A stretch of 64,000 nt of DNA from a virus (lineage: Duplodnaviria > Caudoviricetes), in IMG/VR virus record IMGVR_UViG_3300013426_000029, positions 1-64,000 of that record; one strand, 5' to 3'. Of the stretch, positions 1-8,711 are shown in pieces; positions within the stretch are counted from its first letter, which is position 1; each line of letters opens with the position of its first letter. The notes under the pieces were generated by a model. That model did not search any database and was not told the origin of the DNA. It worked only from the letters and a program-made list of their open reading frames with translations. Made by a program: the position numbers and the translations under genes.

Positions 1-72
1 AATCGGTAGACACGAGGGACTTAAAATCCCTTGGTCATTGCGACCGTGTGGGTTCAAGTCCCACTGGTGGTA
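1..72 (+). tRNA. tRNA-Leu(UAA), 5' end cut by window edge
   Basis: Anticodon arm AGGGA-CTTAAAA-TCCCT, long variable arm GGTC-ATTGC-GACC, T arm GTGGG-TTCAAGT-CCCAC. Confidence 0.92.
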
Positions 73-176
73 CAATGTGTAGTAAGGCTATATAATTATT
101 GTGAAATAATTAATTAGTCAATAGTTATTGTGATTGATAAAAAAAAGAGTGCTATTGTGATAATAGTACTCTTTTG

Positions 177-240
177 CTTTTAATGCTACTATCATTAAAA
201 TGATAAGAGTTCCAAGTCTCTATAAAATGCAGAGGAAAAG
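177..240 (+). ncRNA. Twister ribozyme #1 (type P1)
   Basis: CUUU-UAA-UGCU-AC-[P3 UAUCAU/AUGAUA]-AGAG-UUCC-AA-GU-CUCU-AUAAAA-UGCA-GA-GGA-AAAG; P1 CUUU/AAAG, P4 AGAG/CUCU, T1 UCC/GGA, T2 AC/GU; predicted cut U181/A182. Confidence 0.85.
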
Positions 241-276
241 TTAACAAGATTAAATAAAAATAAAAACAAACAAAAA

Positions 277-570
277 ATGAACTCATTAATTAAGGTGAAA
301 GTAGAATTTAAAAACAACGGAAATCCAATAAATGTTCAAGACATTTTTAAGGATTATCCACAACTTAAGTGGTATCTTGATGATTTTATGAAAGTCAAAG
401 ATGGTTTTATTTCAAAAGCCGAAGTTGTGGATAATCAAGTCCGAAACTGTGATATACGTAATGCACTCTTGGATTGGTCAGTTAATGAAAGGGAGTCTGA
501 CAAGCTCTTCAAAATTGACCCAAAAGGGTTTCAATTTACATATACATTCTTATGTTATGTAGATTGTTAA
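277..570 (+). CDS. Hypothetical protein downstream of twister #1
   Basis: 97-aa ORF with A-rich leader. Confidence 0.75.
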   Translation: MNSLIKVKVEFKNNGNPINVQDIFKDYPQLKWYLDDFMKVKDGFISKAEVVDNQVRNCDIRNALLDWSVNERESDKLFKIDPKGFQFTYTFLCYVDC

Positions 571-725
571 ACGCATTTAGGAATAAATAGTTTGTCATAT
601 ATATATAAAATAAAACATATGAAATTATATAATTTTTTAAGTAAACATATCACAACCATATACTGGTTGTGTATATCTTATTGTATAGTATTTATTTTAG
701 TAGAATTTTTACATATTTTATTAAA

Positions 726-914
726 ATGAAGAATTACAAACTATATAGTCCTGGTGATGAAGTAATTATCATTAGGACACATAAAGATGACTTAAATAAA
801 AAAGGAATAATCATAGAAGTAAATTGTTCCTATTGTAAAATCAAAATTGGAGACAAAGTATATAATCATACTTATGCCCAATTTAAAAAAGTTAATAAAA
901 ATGAAAACGATTAA
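726..914 (+). CDS. Small KOW/SH3-like protein
   Basis: Probable start MKNYKLYSPGDEVIII...KKGIIIEV resembles a KOW motif; ATG at 726 overlaps the stop of a short hydrophobic ORF. Confidence 0.55.
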   Translation: MKNYKLYSPGDEVIIIRTHKDDLNKKGIIIEVNCSYCKIKIGDKVYNHTYAQFKKVNKNEND

Positions 915-1064
915 ATATATTGGGCAGCTACTATTAATGGTATTTGGAATTGTAGTAATGACTATTAGTATGTACTTCTTAGGAGCTGCCTTAAACATTA
1001 TATGATAAATATTTTCGTTGCAATAGGTTGTTAATACGGTCTGTGATAGATAGTATTAATATTT

Positions 1065-1138
1065 GTTCTAATAACTCAATTGGATAGAGTAACACTCTTC
1101 TAAAGTGTAAGTTGTGGGTTCGAGTCCCACTTAGAACA
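1065..1138 (+). tRNA. tRNA-Arg(UCU)
   Basis: Acceptor GTTCTAA/TTAGAAC, anticodon arm ACACT-CTTCTAA-AGTGT, T arm GTGGG-TTCGAGT-CCCAC. Confidence 0.93.
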
Positions 1139-1272
1139 CAGATGCGTTAAGGATGTTAATTGTTTTTGTTTTCTAAAATATTATGTTATTGAGAAATAAT
1201 ATATGGTTAGAGAATTTTATAATTTTTCGTGAATTAAAAAGTGTTATATTATTGTGAAATAATATAACACTG

Positions 1273-1336
1273 CTTTTAATGTAGCTTATCTTTATAAGAT
1301 AAAGAGTCCAAAGCCTCTATAAATACAGATGGAAAG
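1273..1336 (+). ncRNA. Twister ribozyme #2 (type P1)
   Basis: CUUU-UAA-UGUA-GC-[P3 UUAUCUU/AAGAUAA]-AGAG-UCCA-AA-GC-CUCU-AUAAA-UACA-GA-UGG-AAAG; P2 UGUA/UACA, T1 CCA/UGG, T2 GC/GC, all compensatory relative to copy #1. Confidence 0.9.
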
Positions 1337-1372
1337 TTAACAAGATTATTAATTAAAAAATAAGAAATCAAG

Positions 1373-1621
1373 ATGAAAAAGTATCCCAGAACATCAACAA
1401 TTGAAATTGATTGCGACCCTTGTACAGGTATGGGTCGTCAACAAAATCATTATGAAGCTATTTGTAAGCTTCTTAATGTGAAGCCAGAGCCAAGAATATC
1501 TGCTTTCTTTGGTTGCTGGGAATGGCCAATAACTTATAAAACAGCAGAAGATGAAGCAAAAGCCAAAGAGTTTTTGACAGACCTATATAACTCTGGGTTA
1601 TGTCGATACGCTTCTTGGTAA
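1373..1621 (+). CDS. Hypothetical protein downstream of twister #2
   Basis: 82-aa ORF with DCDPC motif. Confidence 0.75.
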   Translation: MKKYPRTSTIEIDCDPCTGMGRQQNHYEAICKLLNVKPEPRISAFFGCWEWPITYKTAEDEAKAKEFLTDLYNSGLCRYASW

Positions 1622-1663
1622 AATATATTTAATTAGTTGGATTCCTTTTTTTAATTTAAAATT

Positions 1664-2074
1664 ATGATAAAGATTATATTAGATAATGCATTGGTATTTG
1701 AACTCAAACTTGATTTTGTAATTGTTTCAGATTCAGATATTGAATATGCTACAACTACATTTAAAAATTTAGGTATTAAGTTTGAAACATGTAATGTTCT
1801 ACCACTTAACTTTGCGCCTGTCTCCCGCGATTTCATTGATTGCATTCGCCCAGTAAGAACGATTATTAATTTTCCAGTAGAAATATACCCTGATGATAAT
1901 AAAAAAGATATTCTTATGATTTCTACAAATACTAAATTATATCCATTTATAAAAGTATTTGGAAAAAGTAATAATAGGTTCTTTATAAGAATTGAAGAAG
2001 ATGATTCTTGTAAAATTCTCGGACTAAGAAATAATACAATTAAAATAGAATATACTAAAAATGTTGTTAAATAA
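1664..2074 (+). CDS. Hypothetical protein (paralog of 2422-2811)
   Basis: Shares VSRDFIxxIxP motif with 2422-2811. Confidence 0.7.
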   Translation: MIKIILDNALVFELKLDFVIVSDSDIEYATTTFKNLGIKFETCNVLPLNFAPVSRDFIDCIRPVRTIINFPVEIYPDDNKKDILMISTNTKLYPFIKVFGKSNNRFFIRIEEDDSCKILGLRNNTIKIEYTKNVVK

Positions 2075-2094
2075 TTAAGTTTTTGTTTGTTTTC

Positions 2095-2136
2095 CCAGGA
2101 TTGTCTATTAATTTAGGCAGTCCTGGTTTTATTTTT
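2095..2136 (+). terminator. Intrinsic terminator
   Basis: CCAGGATTGTCTA/TAGGCAGTCCTGG stem followed by a T tract. Confidence 0.75.
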
Positions 2137-2142
2137 AAAATA

Positions 2143-2409
2143 ATGAAACATTATATAGATTTAGAAAAAGTTTTAAAAAACTACACAGAAGTAGTAGTTC
2201 TTTCTTATGGTTATATGCAGTACAATCGCATATTTGGAAATCATTATGAACCATTTGCCCATAAAAGGCAAATTAAGTTTACTATTTCTAACGGAGAATT
2301 TTATAATCCTACATTTGAAATAGATGATTTACACCCAGAAGATTTTTATTTTTATATAGAAGATGGGGTTGTTTATGTAGACGATCCTAATATTTGTTGT
2401 TATGAATAA
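2143..2409 (+). CDS. Hypothetical protein
   Basis: ATG at 2143 (MKHYIDL) lies after the terminator; the ORF-track start overlaps the hairpin. Confidence 0.65.
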   Translation: MKHYIDLEKVLKNYTEVVVLSYGYMQYNRIFGNHYEPFAHKRQIKFTISNGEFYNPTFEIDDLHPEDFYFYIEDGVVYVDDPNICCYE

Positions 2410-2421
2410 AAAATTAGTAAA

Positions 2422-2811
2422 ATGAAAATATTAAAAATAAAATTTGAAAATAAAGTAAGAGTTAATAATACATATATTGAGTTTTTATATGTAAAAGACG
2501 ATGATATTCTTTATTTATTAAAGGAATCATTAAATAAAAACTTTAGATATACTGTAATTAAAAAACTCGAAAATATTGATACAGTATCTAGAGATTTTAT
2601 TAGAGAGATAGCACCTGCAATTGATGAAACTTTTAAAGCTAAAAAGGTATTTAATGCATTATGCAGACCCAATACAATTTTTGAAGTACTATTAAAAGAT
2701 AGCTATAAACCTTGTTTTAATATCGTAGGTTATAGTGAAAATGGTGTTTTAGTTACTGTAAATCAATATTATGAATACAAGTTTGAAAACGATAATTTAG
2801 TTGTTAAATAA
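2422..2811 (+). CDS. Hypothetical protein (paralog of 1664-2074)
   Basis: VSRDFIREIAP motif. Confidence 0.7.
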   Translation: MKILKIKFENKVRVNNTYIEFLYVKDDDILYLLKESLNKNFRYTVIKKLENIDTVSRDFIREIAPAIDETFKAKKVFNALCRPNTIFEVLLKDSYKPCFNIVGYSENGVLVTVNQYYEYKFENDNLVVK

Positions 2812-2816
2812 ATTAT

Positions 2817-2841
2817 GGGCATACTTTTTAGTATGCCCTTT
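2817..2841 (+). terminator. Intrinsic terminator
   Basis: GGGCATACT-TTTT-AGTATGCCC followed by TTT. Confidence 0.65.
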
Positions 2842-2853
2842 ATCTTTTTAATT

Positions 2854-3114
2854 ATGAAATATACTATTGCAAATATACAAGAAAAGGTATTTCTTATTAA
2901 AACAGATAATGATAACTATGAGGATGTGAAGAATGATGTTTTATCTATTATAACGCAAATAGTAGGATATAAACCTATTTCTAAAAAGAGATATGATATG
3001 CTAAATAGGTTTAAACCTTCTTTTGAAAACTATTTAAGAAGATATTATAAACTTAGATATAATAAAGATTTAGAATCTTATATATTTACAATAATTATTC
3101 CTATAGATAAATGA
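2854..3114 (+). CDS. Hypothetical protein
   Basis: ATG at 2854 (MKYTIAN); ATGA overlap with the next ORF. Confidence 0.65.
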   Translation: MKYTIANIQEKVFLIKTDNDNYEDVKNDVLSIITQIVGYKPISKKRYDMLNRFKPSFENYLRRYYKLRYNKDLESYIFTIIIPIDK

Positions 3115-3365
3115 ATTCAATAACAATCAATGAGAAATTCTATATAATATTAGATGAAACTCATAAATATAATGATGAGATAGATAAGGTGGAAAATAAT
3201 TATATTCTTTATAAAGATAATGCATTATTTAATGCTTATAATCAAACTTATGAAGAATGTGAATTTTCAGATAAAGGTCCAATAATACTTTCTATGGAAT
3301 CTAAATTTAATATTTATAAAATAATAGACGGAGTTTTTATTCCCGAAATAGAAAAATATCTTTAA
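3111..3365 (+). CDS. Hypothetical protein
   Basis: Translationally coupled 84-aa ORF. Confidence 0.65.
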   Translation: MNSITINEKFYIILDETHKYNDEIDKVENNYILYKDNALFNAYNQTYEECEFSDKGPIILSMESKFNIYKIIDGVFIPEIEKYL

Positions 3366-3372
3366 TTAAAGA

Positions 3373-3404
3373 TTTGTAAAATTACATTAATTATAATAAA
3401 TTTG
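3373..3404 (+). promoter_or_regulatory. Bacteroidota housekeeping-type promoter
   Basis: TTTG-N20-TAAATTTG matches the -33 TTTG / -7 TAnnTTTG consensus. Confidence 0.75.
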
Positions 3405-3460
3405 TTATTAGAATTAATTTTTTTAATATTTAAAAATAATAAATTAAATTTTTAAAAACT

Positions 3461-3628
3461 ATGAAAAAAATATTTTTTGCGGTAATTGCCGCTAGTTTAT
3501 TTATGGTATCTTGTGGTAATGCTAATAAAGCAAATACGATTAAAGATACTACGATTGTTGATACAGCTAATGTAGATTCTACAATGATTGATTCTCTTGC
3601 TGTAGATTCTGTATCAGCAGTTCACTAA
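3461..3628 (+). CDS. Small lipoprotein (55 aa) with repeated D-S/T motifs
   Basis: MKKIFFAVIAASLFMVS-C lipobox, then DTT, DTA, DST, DSL, DSV; below the ORF-track cutoff. Confidence 0.85.
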   Translation: MKKIFFAVIAASLFMVSCGNANKANTIKDTTIVDTANVDSTMIDSLAVDSVSAVH

Positions 3629-3677
3629 TTTAATATTCTGTTTTCTTAAAAGTTTCAGTAAAAAACTTTTAATTTTA

Positions 3678-3749
3678 GCTCTTGTGGAGTAATGGTTAGC
3701 TCGTCAGATTTTCATTCTGGAAATTTGGGTTCAATTCCCAACAAGAGTA
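3678..3749 (+). tRNA. tRNA-Glu(UUC)
   Basis: Acceptor GCTCTTG/CAAGAGT, anticodon arm TCAGA-TTTTCAT-TCTGG, T arm TTGGG-TTCAATT-CCCAA. Confidence 0.88.
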
Positions 3750-3815
3750 CTTTTTGTTTTCCATTTTGATTGTTATTTTATTATTATTCTTACTAGTAAT
3801 TAGTAGGAATAATAT

Positions 3816-3888
3816 GCGGAAGTAGCTCAGTTGATAGAGCATCAGCCTTCCAAGCTGAGGGTCGCGAGTTTGAGCCTCGTCTTCCGCT
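3816..3888 (+). tRNA. tRNA-Gly(UCC)
   Basis: Acceptor GCGGAAG/CTTCCGC, anticodon arm TCAGC-CTTCCAA-GCTGA; T loop reads TTTGAGC (non-canonical). Confidence 0.92.
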
Positions 3889-3928
3889 CTATAATTATAG
3901 TAAATTTTATTTAAAATTAAATCTTATT

Positions 3929-5143
3929 ATGCCAAATTTTTATAATGTAATTAAAAAACTAGCTGAAAGCGAGGCTGGTAAAAAAGTAGTAAATAAAACT
4001 ATTGGTTATGTTAGTAATCTTTTTACTAAAGGTACTAGTAAAGAAGTAAAATAGCTTGAAAGATTTATTAAGTTAGACAATAAGTTATAGAATTTATCTA
4101 AATTACGTATTTCAGATATTGACCAGAGTACTAAAGAAGGTGTTAAACTTGTAAATAAAATTCGTACCGCACGAAAAGCATTAAGTAATGCTTCTAAAGC
4201 ATAGAATACTTGGATAAAAAATAATACTGATAAAGCTACTAAAGTTTATAAAAGCGGTGCTATGGAATTTTTAAGTAATGACGCTAAAGCAAGCATTGCT
4301 GCAGCAAGAATGTAGGCTTTTAAAGACTCTGGTTTTGGAATAAATAAAAATGAACAATTTATTAAAGGACTAAAAAATCTTAAAGAAAATGGCCTTGATA
4401 AAGTTAAAAATAGTTGGAAATCAAATAAAAAATATCCAGTGATTATATCAACTATAGGTGTTCCTACATTATTATATGCATATAATCACGGTACTGGATG
4501 GACAAATACTCTAATAGATCTTATAGGTAATAATATCCGTAAAAAAGACGGAACTCCTTTATTTACAGTAAATAGAGATTTTGACGATATGTCTAGTAAC
4601 GCTCAGGCTTTTTTATAGGATGCTGTAGATAAAAAAGAAATTCCAGGATATTGGAAAACTCCAGAAGAACGTGAAGCATATTTCCAAAAACATCCAAATG
4701 ATACAATCAAAGCTAATTGGTATGGTAGATTGAATTCTAAGCTTAAAAGCAAAGGAATAACTTAGTCTGATTATAAGAAGTATTATGGAATTAATTATGG
4801 TACTTTAAGTTCTATGCCAGGTTTAACTGGATTTGGAATTAATCTTGTACCTAATAAAAATAGTAAAACTGGCTATGGCAGATTAGATCCTATTACGGCA
4901 GGTCTTTATGAAACTTAGCAATCTATGGGTTCATTTCCTCTTGCTTATGTAAAAGATGGAGTTTTAACAGATGGAGAAGGTTGGGATTTTAGAAAAGAAG
5001 ATAAACATACACCATATACTACAAGTTTACTTCAAAATTTACGTGTCTTTGCTGGTAGACACGGAACAAATGAAGCAGATGAAGTTCCAGCAATAGTAAC
5101 TTCTAATATGAAAATTCCATATAAAAAACGAGATAAAAAGTAA
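3929..5143 (+). CDS. TAG-recoded 404-aa protein, basic N-terminus and central hydrophobic segment (putative virion cargo/effector)
   Basis: One frame from ATG 3929 to TAA 5143 broken only by TAG (4052, 4088, 4202, 4313, 4616, 4763, 4916); includes ORF-track fragment 4925-5143. Confidence 0.88.
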
Positions 5144-5160
5144 TAAAATTAAGATAAATT

Positions 5161-5397
5161 ATGATAATTAATATATTAGCTATACTATTATATTGTATAG
5201 TATTACCTATATATATAGTTTTATATTATATAGTAGCTATCTTTAAAACTGGAAATATTTCATTTCTAAGTTTTACTGAAGATAGTATTTTAAATCCATT
5301 GTTTATTATTGGTATAATAGAATTAATAGTTATTGGTAATTATGTTAGATTTATTGTTTCAAAGTTGTTATGCTATTTGTGTAATAGGTGCAAATAG
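5161..5397 (+). CDS. Small membrane protein
   Basis: Two hydrophobic segments; ends at TAG, and readthrough would end at TGA 5418. Confidence 0.6.
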   Translation: MIINILAILLYCIVLPIYIVLYYIVAIFKTGNISFLSFTEDSILNPLFIIGIIELIVIGNYVRFIVSKLLCYLCNRCK

Positions 5398-5722
5398 TCT
5401 AAACTTATCCTATGGTGAGTTTTGTATTTTAATATTCTGTTATTTACAACCTATAATAATATTATTGTTTGGAATACTAAATATTAAACACTTATTTGGT
5501 AAATTGACTATAATGAGTATGATATTATATTTATGTTTTTATAGTCAATATTCTATTTCAACAGAATCATTTTATAGAATATATAGTGATCTACACCATT
5601 GGGCAATTTATATGGGAATAACATATATAGAAATAAATATATTACTTTATATTTTATTTCCAATAATCATAATTTTAATAAATTATATTCTATTTAAAAT
5701 AAATAAGAAATGTATTATTTGA
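5342..5722 (+). CDS. Multi-pass membrane protein with internal repeat
   Basis: Hydrophobic; LSYGEFCILIF...P and ITYIEINILLY...P are similar segments; ATG at 5342. Confidence 0.7.
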   Translation: MLDLLFQSCYAICVIGANSLNLSYGEFCILIFCYLQPIIILLFGILNIKHLFGKLTIMSMILYLCFYSQYSISTESFYRIYSDLHHWAIYMGITYIEINILLYILFPIIIILINYILFKINKKCII

Positions 5723-5786
5723 TAAATTATTCGGTTTAAGAAAATAGAATAATTTTATTTTATTAACTTTTAAAATTTTATTAAAA

Positions 5787-5888
5787 ATGAAACAAGTAAA
5801 GAAAGCAATTAAATGGTATTTAAAGAATGTAGAAAAATCTTATGTAAGTCTTCCTGAAGGAACTTTTCCTTATTTCTATATTAATTAA
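5787..5888 (+). CDS. 33-aa small protein
   Basis: MKQVKKAIKWYLKNVEKSYVSLPEGTFPYFYIN with AT-rich leader. Confidence 0.55.
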   Translation: MKQVKKAIKWYLKNVEKSYVSLPEGTFPYFYIN

Positions 5889-5923
5889 ATTATTTGTAAC
5901 AGTGTTAGAATATTTATTCTAAC

Positions 5924-5982
5924 TTATTGTAATATTAGCATTGAAGGTTACAACTCCTTATGAGAAAAATAGAGTACAATAA
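5924..5982 (+). ncRNA. Twister ribozyme #3 (type P1, no P3)
   Basis: UUAUUG-UAA-UAUU-AG-CAUUG-AAGG-UUAC-AA-CU-CCUU-AUGAGAAA-AAUA-GA-GUA-CAAUAA; P1 UUAUUG/CAAUAA, P2 UAUU/AAUA, P4 AAGG/CCUU, T1 UAC/GUA, T2 AG/CU; ends 9 nt before ATG 5992. Confidence 0.85.
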
Positions 5983-5991
5983 AAAATAAAT

Positions 5992-7062
5992 ATGAAGATT
6001 CCAACTTCAGAAGTAAATAAATTAATTTCATTATTAAGAAATAGTAAAAGTATACAAAATTTAACAAATAAATTAGAATCATCTTTATCTAAAGCTATAA
6101 ATTTAAATAAAGTTGATTTATTTGGTAAATTCTTTTCACAAAAAGAAAGATTTAATAGAGATAAAACATCTTATGATAAAATAGTTAAATATTTAACTAA
6201 TAATAATTTAGATTTTAATATTGCTACTAAGTTTAAAGATAAATACCCAGTAGTATAGTCTTATATGACTGAAAGGACAACTTTTAGACCAAACTTAGGA
6301 AATGAAGTTCTTGATATGTTTAAAAATAAGGGTAGAACTATTGAGACAACTATACCTAAAAGAAGTAAAGTAAGTCAAGAATACAATGATTTTACTAAAC
6401 AGATTAATGAATTAAGAGGTGGTCTTAAAGATTATTTTTAGTCAAAAGCATATCGTAAAAAATTACGAGATATACTTTTTAATAATCCAAATGATAGAAA
6501 ACAGGAAGGAAAATATATAAATGATATATTAAATACATTAGATGGAGTTGCAATAAATATAGGTCATAGCAATAAAAATCTTGGAGGCACTGCTAGTTTT
6601 GGTACTGTTTATTTAAATAAAAATTCTACTTTTGATGGTAATCCATTTACACTTCTCCATGAACTTATACATGCTTCCAAATAGTATGGAAATTATAACA
6701 TAAAAGGCAAATATCTTGATGCACATAATAGTGATATTGCAAATAGAGTTATGGATTATAATGATATGATTGGAGATAATTTATTTTCATCAGTAAATTT
6801 AAGTGCAGCAACTCCTGCGTAGCAAAAGTATATTAAATATCTAACAAACGGAAGGGAATTATCAGCAAATTTTAATCCAATACAAGCATTAATAGAAAAA
6901 AATGGTTGGTCTCCTAAACAAGCAGTAAGGCTTATTAAAGAAAGAAATTATTTAGGAAACACAACAATTAAAAATTATTATAATGTATTTGGAGAAAAAA
7001 ATGTAGAACGTTTAATATAGAATGTATTAAAAAATGGAGGTAAATTGATTAAAAGAAAATGA
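5992..7062 (+). CDS. TAG-recoded 356-aa zincin-like (HExxH) protein with C-terminal KNGGKLIKRK
   Basis: Frame open to TGA 7062 with TAG at 6256, 6439, 6682, 6820, 7018; TLLHELIHAS motif plus downstream GRELSA. Confidence 0.88.
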
Positions 7063-7208
7063 ATAAATTATTTGATATAACACCAGAACAAGAAAAAATA
7101 ATTGATAAATATTTAAAAGATATAGAATATTATAAAAAAAATAAAGAAAAAATAGATAAAGAAATAAAAGAAAATAAAAATATTAAATTTATCCCTTATT
7201 CACTTTAA
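7059..7208 (+). CDS. 49-aa charged protein coupled to the zincin gene
   Basis: ATGA overlap, no TAG, uses CAA for Gln. Confidence 0.6.
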   Translation: MNKLFDITPEQEKIIDKYLKDIEYYKKNKEKIDKEIKENKNIKFIPYSL

Positions 7209-7212
7209 TATT

Positions 7213-8547
7213 ATGGCAAAAATATGGCATGGTTTTACATACGATCCTAATAAAAAACGCTGGTTTAAAGCTAATGGATAGCAAGTAACATTGGGTAAAC
7301 AGATTAAAACTTCTGATGGTAAATATTATTAGTTAAATTCTGATGGTACTATTACTTATGCAGGAAGTGTTTCAGGAGGTGTAGATTAGAATTTTGTAAA
7401 TACACAAAAAAAGTATAAACGCAACGTAGACACTACATTATTAGATAGGTCTATGCGTTCTGGACTTATTGGTTCAAAACAAGGTTGGAGGTTTGATACA
7501 AACGCTAAAAACATAAAAATTAAAGAAGTAAATGGTAGACGATATTATTTAGCACCTAGTACGTATGATGGTAAAAATACTTGGTTTAGTTTTGATTCTG
7601 GTTTGAATATAGCATAGGATAAAGTCCAATAGTAGAAATTAATTGAACAAAAGAAAAATAAAATTCTTGGTCGTTCTAATGGAACAGGTTGGTGGGATTC
7701 TATAAAAAACGATGGAATAGCAGCTGGAGCAATTAATCATGTTTTAGATAGTGCAAATATTAATAATTAGTGGTTACGAAGTGCTGTTAATTTAGGATCT
7801 CTAGGTTTATATATGCTACCTGGCGTAGGTCAAGCTTTATCTTTAGCTGATGCTGGACTTGCTGCAGCTAGAGGCGATTGGGGTAATGCAGCATTAAATC
7901 TTGCATTTATGGTTCCCGGTGCACGTTTTCTTAAAGGTGCTAAAACTTTAAGTAAAGTTCCTATGCTTAGTAAATTAGGTAAAGTTTTTGGTGGAAGCGG
8001 AGCTACAAGATTAGAAAAAATGCAAATAAATGCAATTAAAAGTAGTCTTCCAAAATATGCAAAAGTTCAGAACAAAACAATTTTATCTCATATAAGAAAT
8101 AAATCATACGCGTGGACTCCAAATGTTACTAAAAAAGTTTTATCTCAAGCAGATCCGTATTTACACACTTCTGTAAAAAATTTATTTGGTTTTACAAAAG
8201 GAAATAATAAATTTTTTAATGCAACATTTAATCCAAATACTACAGGCTTTGGAGGAAATGTTAAACGCGCGTTAGGTTATGCATAGCCTGCAGCACTTAT
8301 AGGTGGTGGTGCATATGGATTTTATAGAGATAAGCAAGCAGAAAATGAGGCTAATACATGGTATCAAAATAATCAAAAACAAGATATTGAAAAGAATCAT
8401 TCTGCATATGTATTAGGTAGAATGTCTGACGATGAGATAAAGAGATTTTTAATTGATTCACATTAGATGACTCAAGAAGATGTATCTAAATTAACACCTT
8501 AGCAAATTAGTGATTTTAAAAATTTAGTATTAAACAACGAAATCTGA
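7213..8547 (+). CDS. TAG-recoded 444-aa protein with pre-toxin-like hydrophobic hairpin
   Basis: ATG 7213 to TGA 8547 with 9 TAG codons (including CAA-TAG-TAG at 7627-7635); LPGVGQALSLADAGLAAARGDWGNAALNLAFMVPG. Confidence 0.88.
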
Positions 8548-8711
8548 TTTTATTATTAAAGTAATTGAATATGAATATGATACTCTATTAAAAGATAAAT
8601 AAATTAGCTAATAAAAATTTTAGATTAGAAAAGTCATATTCTTATTCCAAAATTAAAAGAAACTATATTAAATAGAAAACAACTTATTAGAAATTCAAAT
8701 TAGTTGGTGAT

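Noticed and set aside
1092-1108. CTA within the anticodon loop of the tRNA at 1065 as an amber suppressor
   Set aside because: The stem ACACT/AGTGT frames the loop CTTCTAA, so positions 34-36 are TCT (Arg)
3929-8547. Pseudogene or non-coding interpretation of the ORF-poor stretches
   Set aside because: Every interruption is TAG in a single frame, with no TAA/TGA or frameshift
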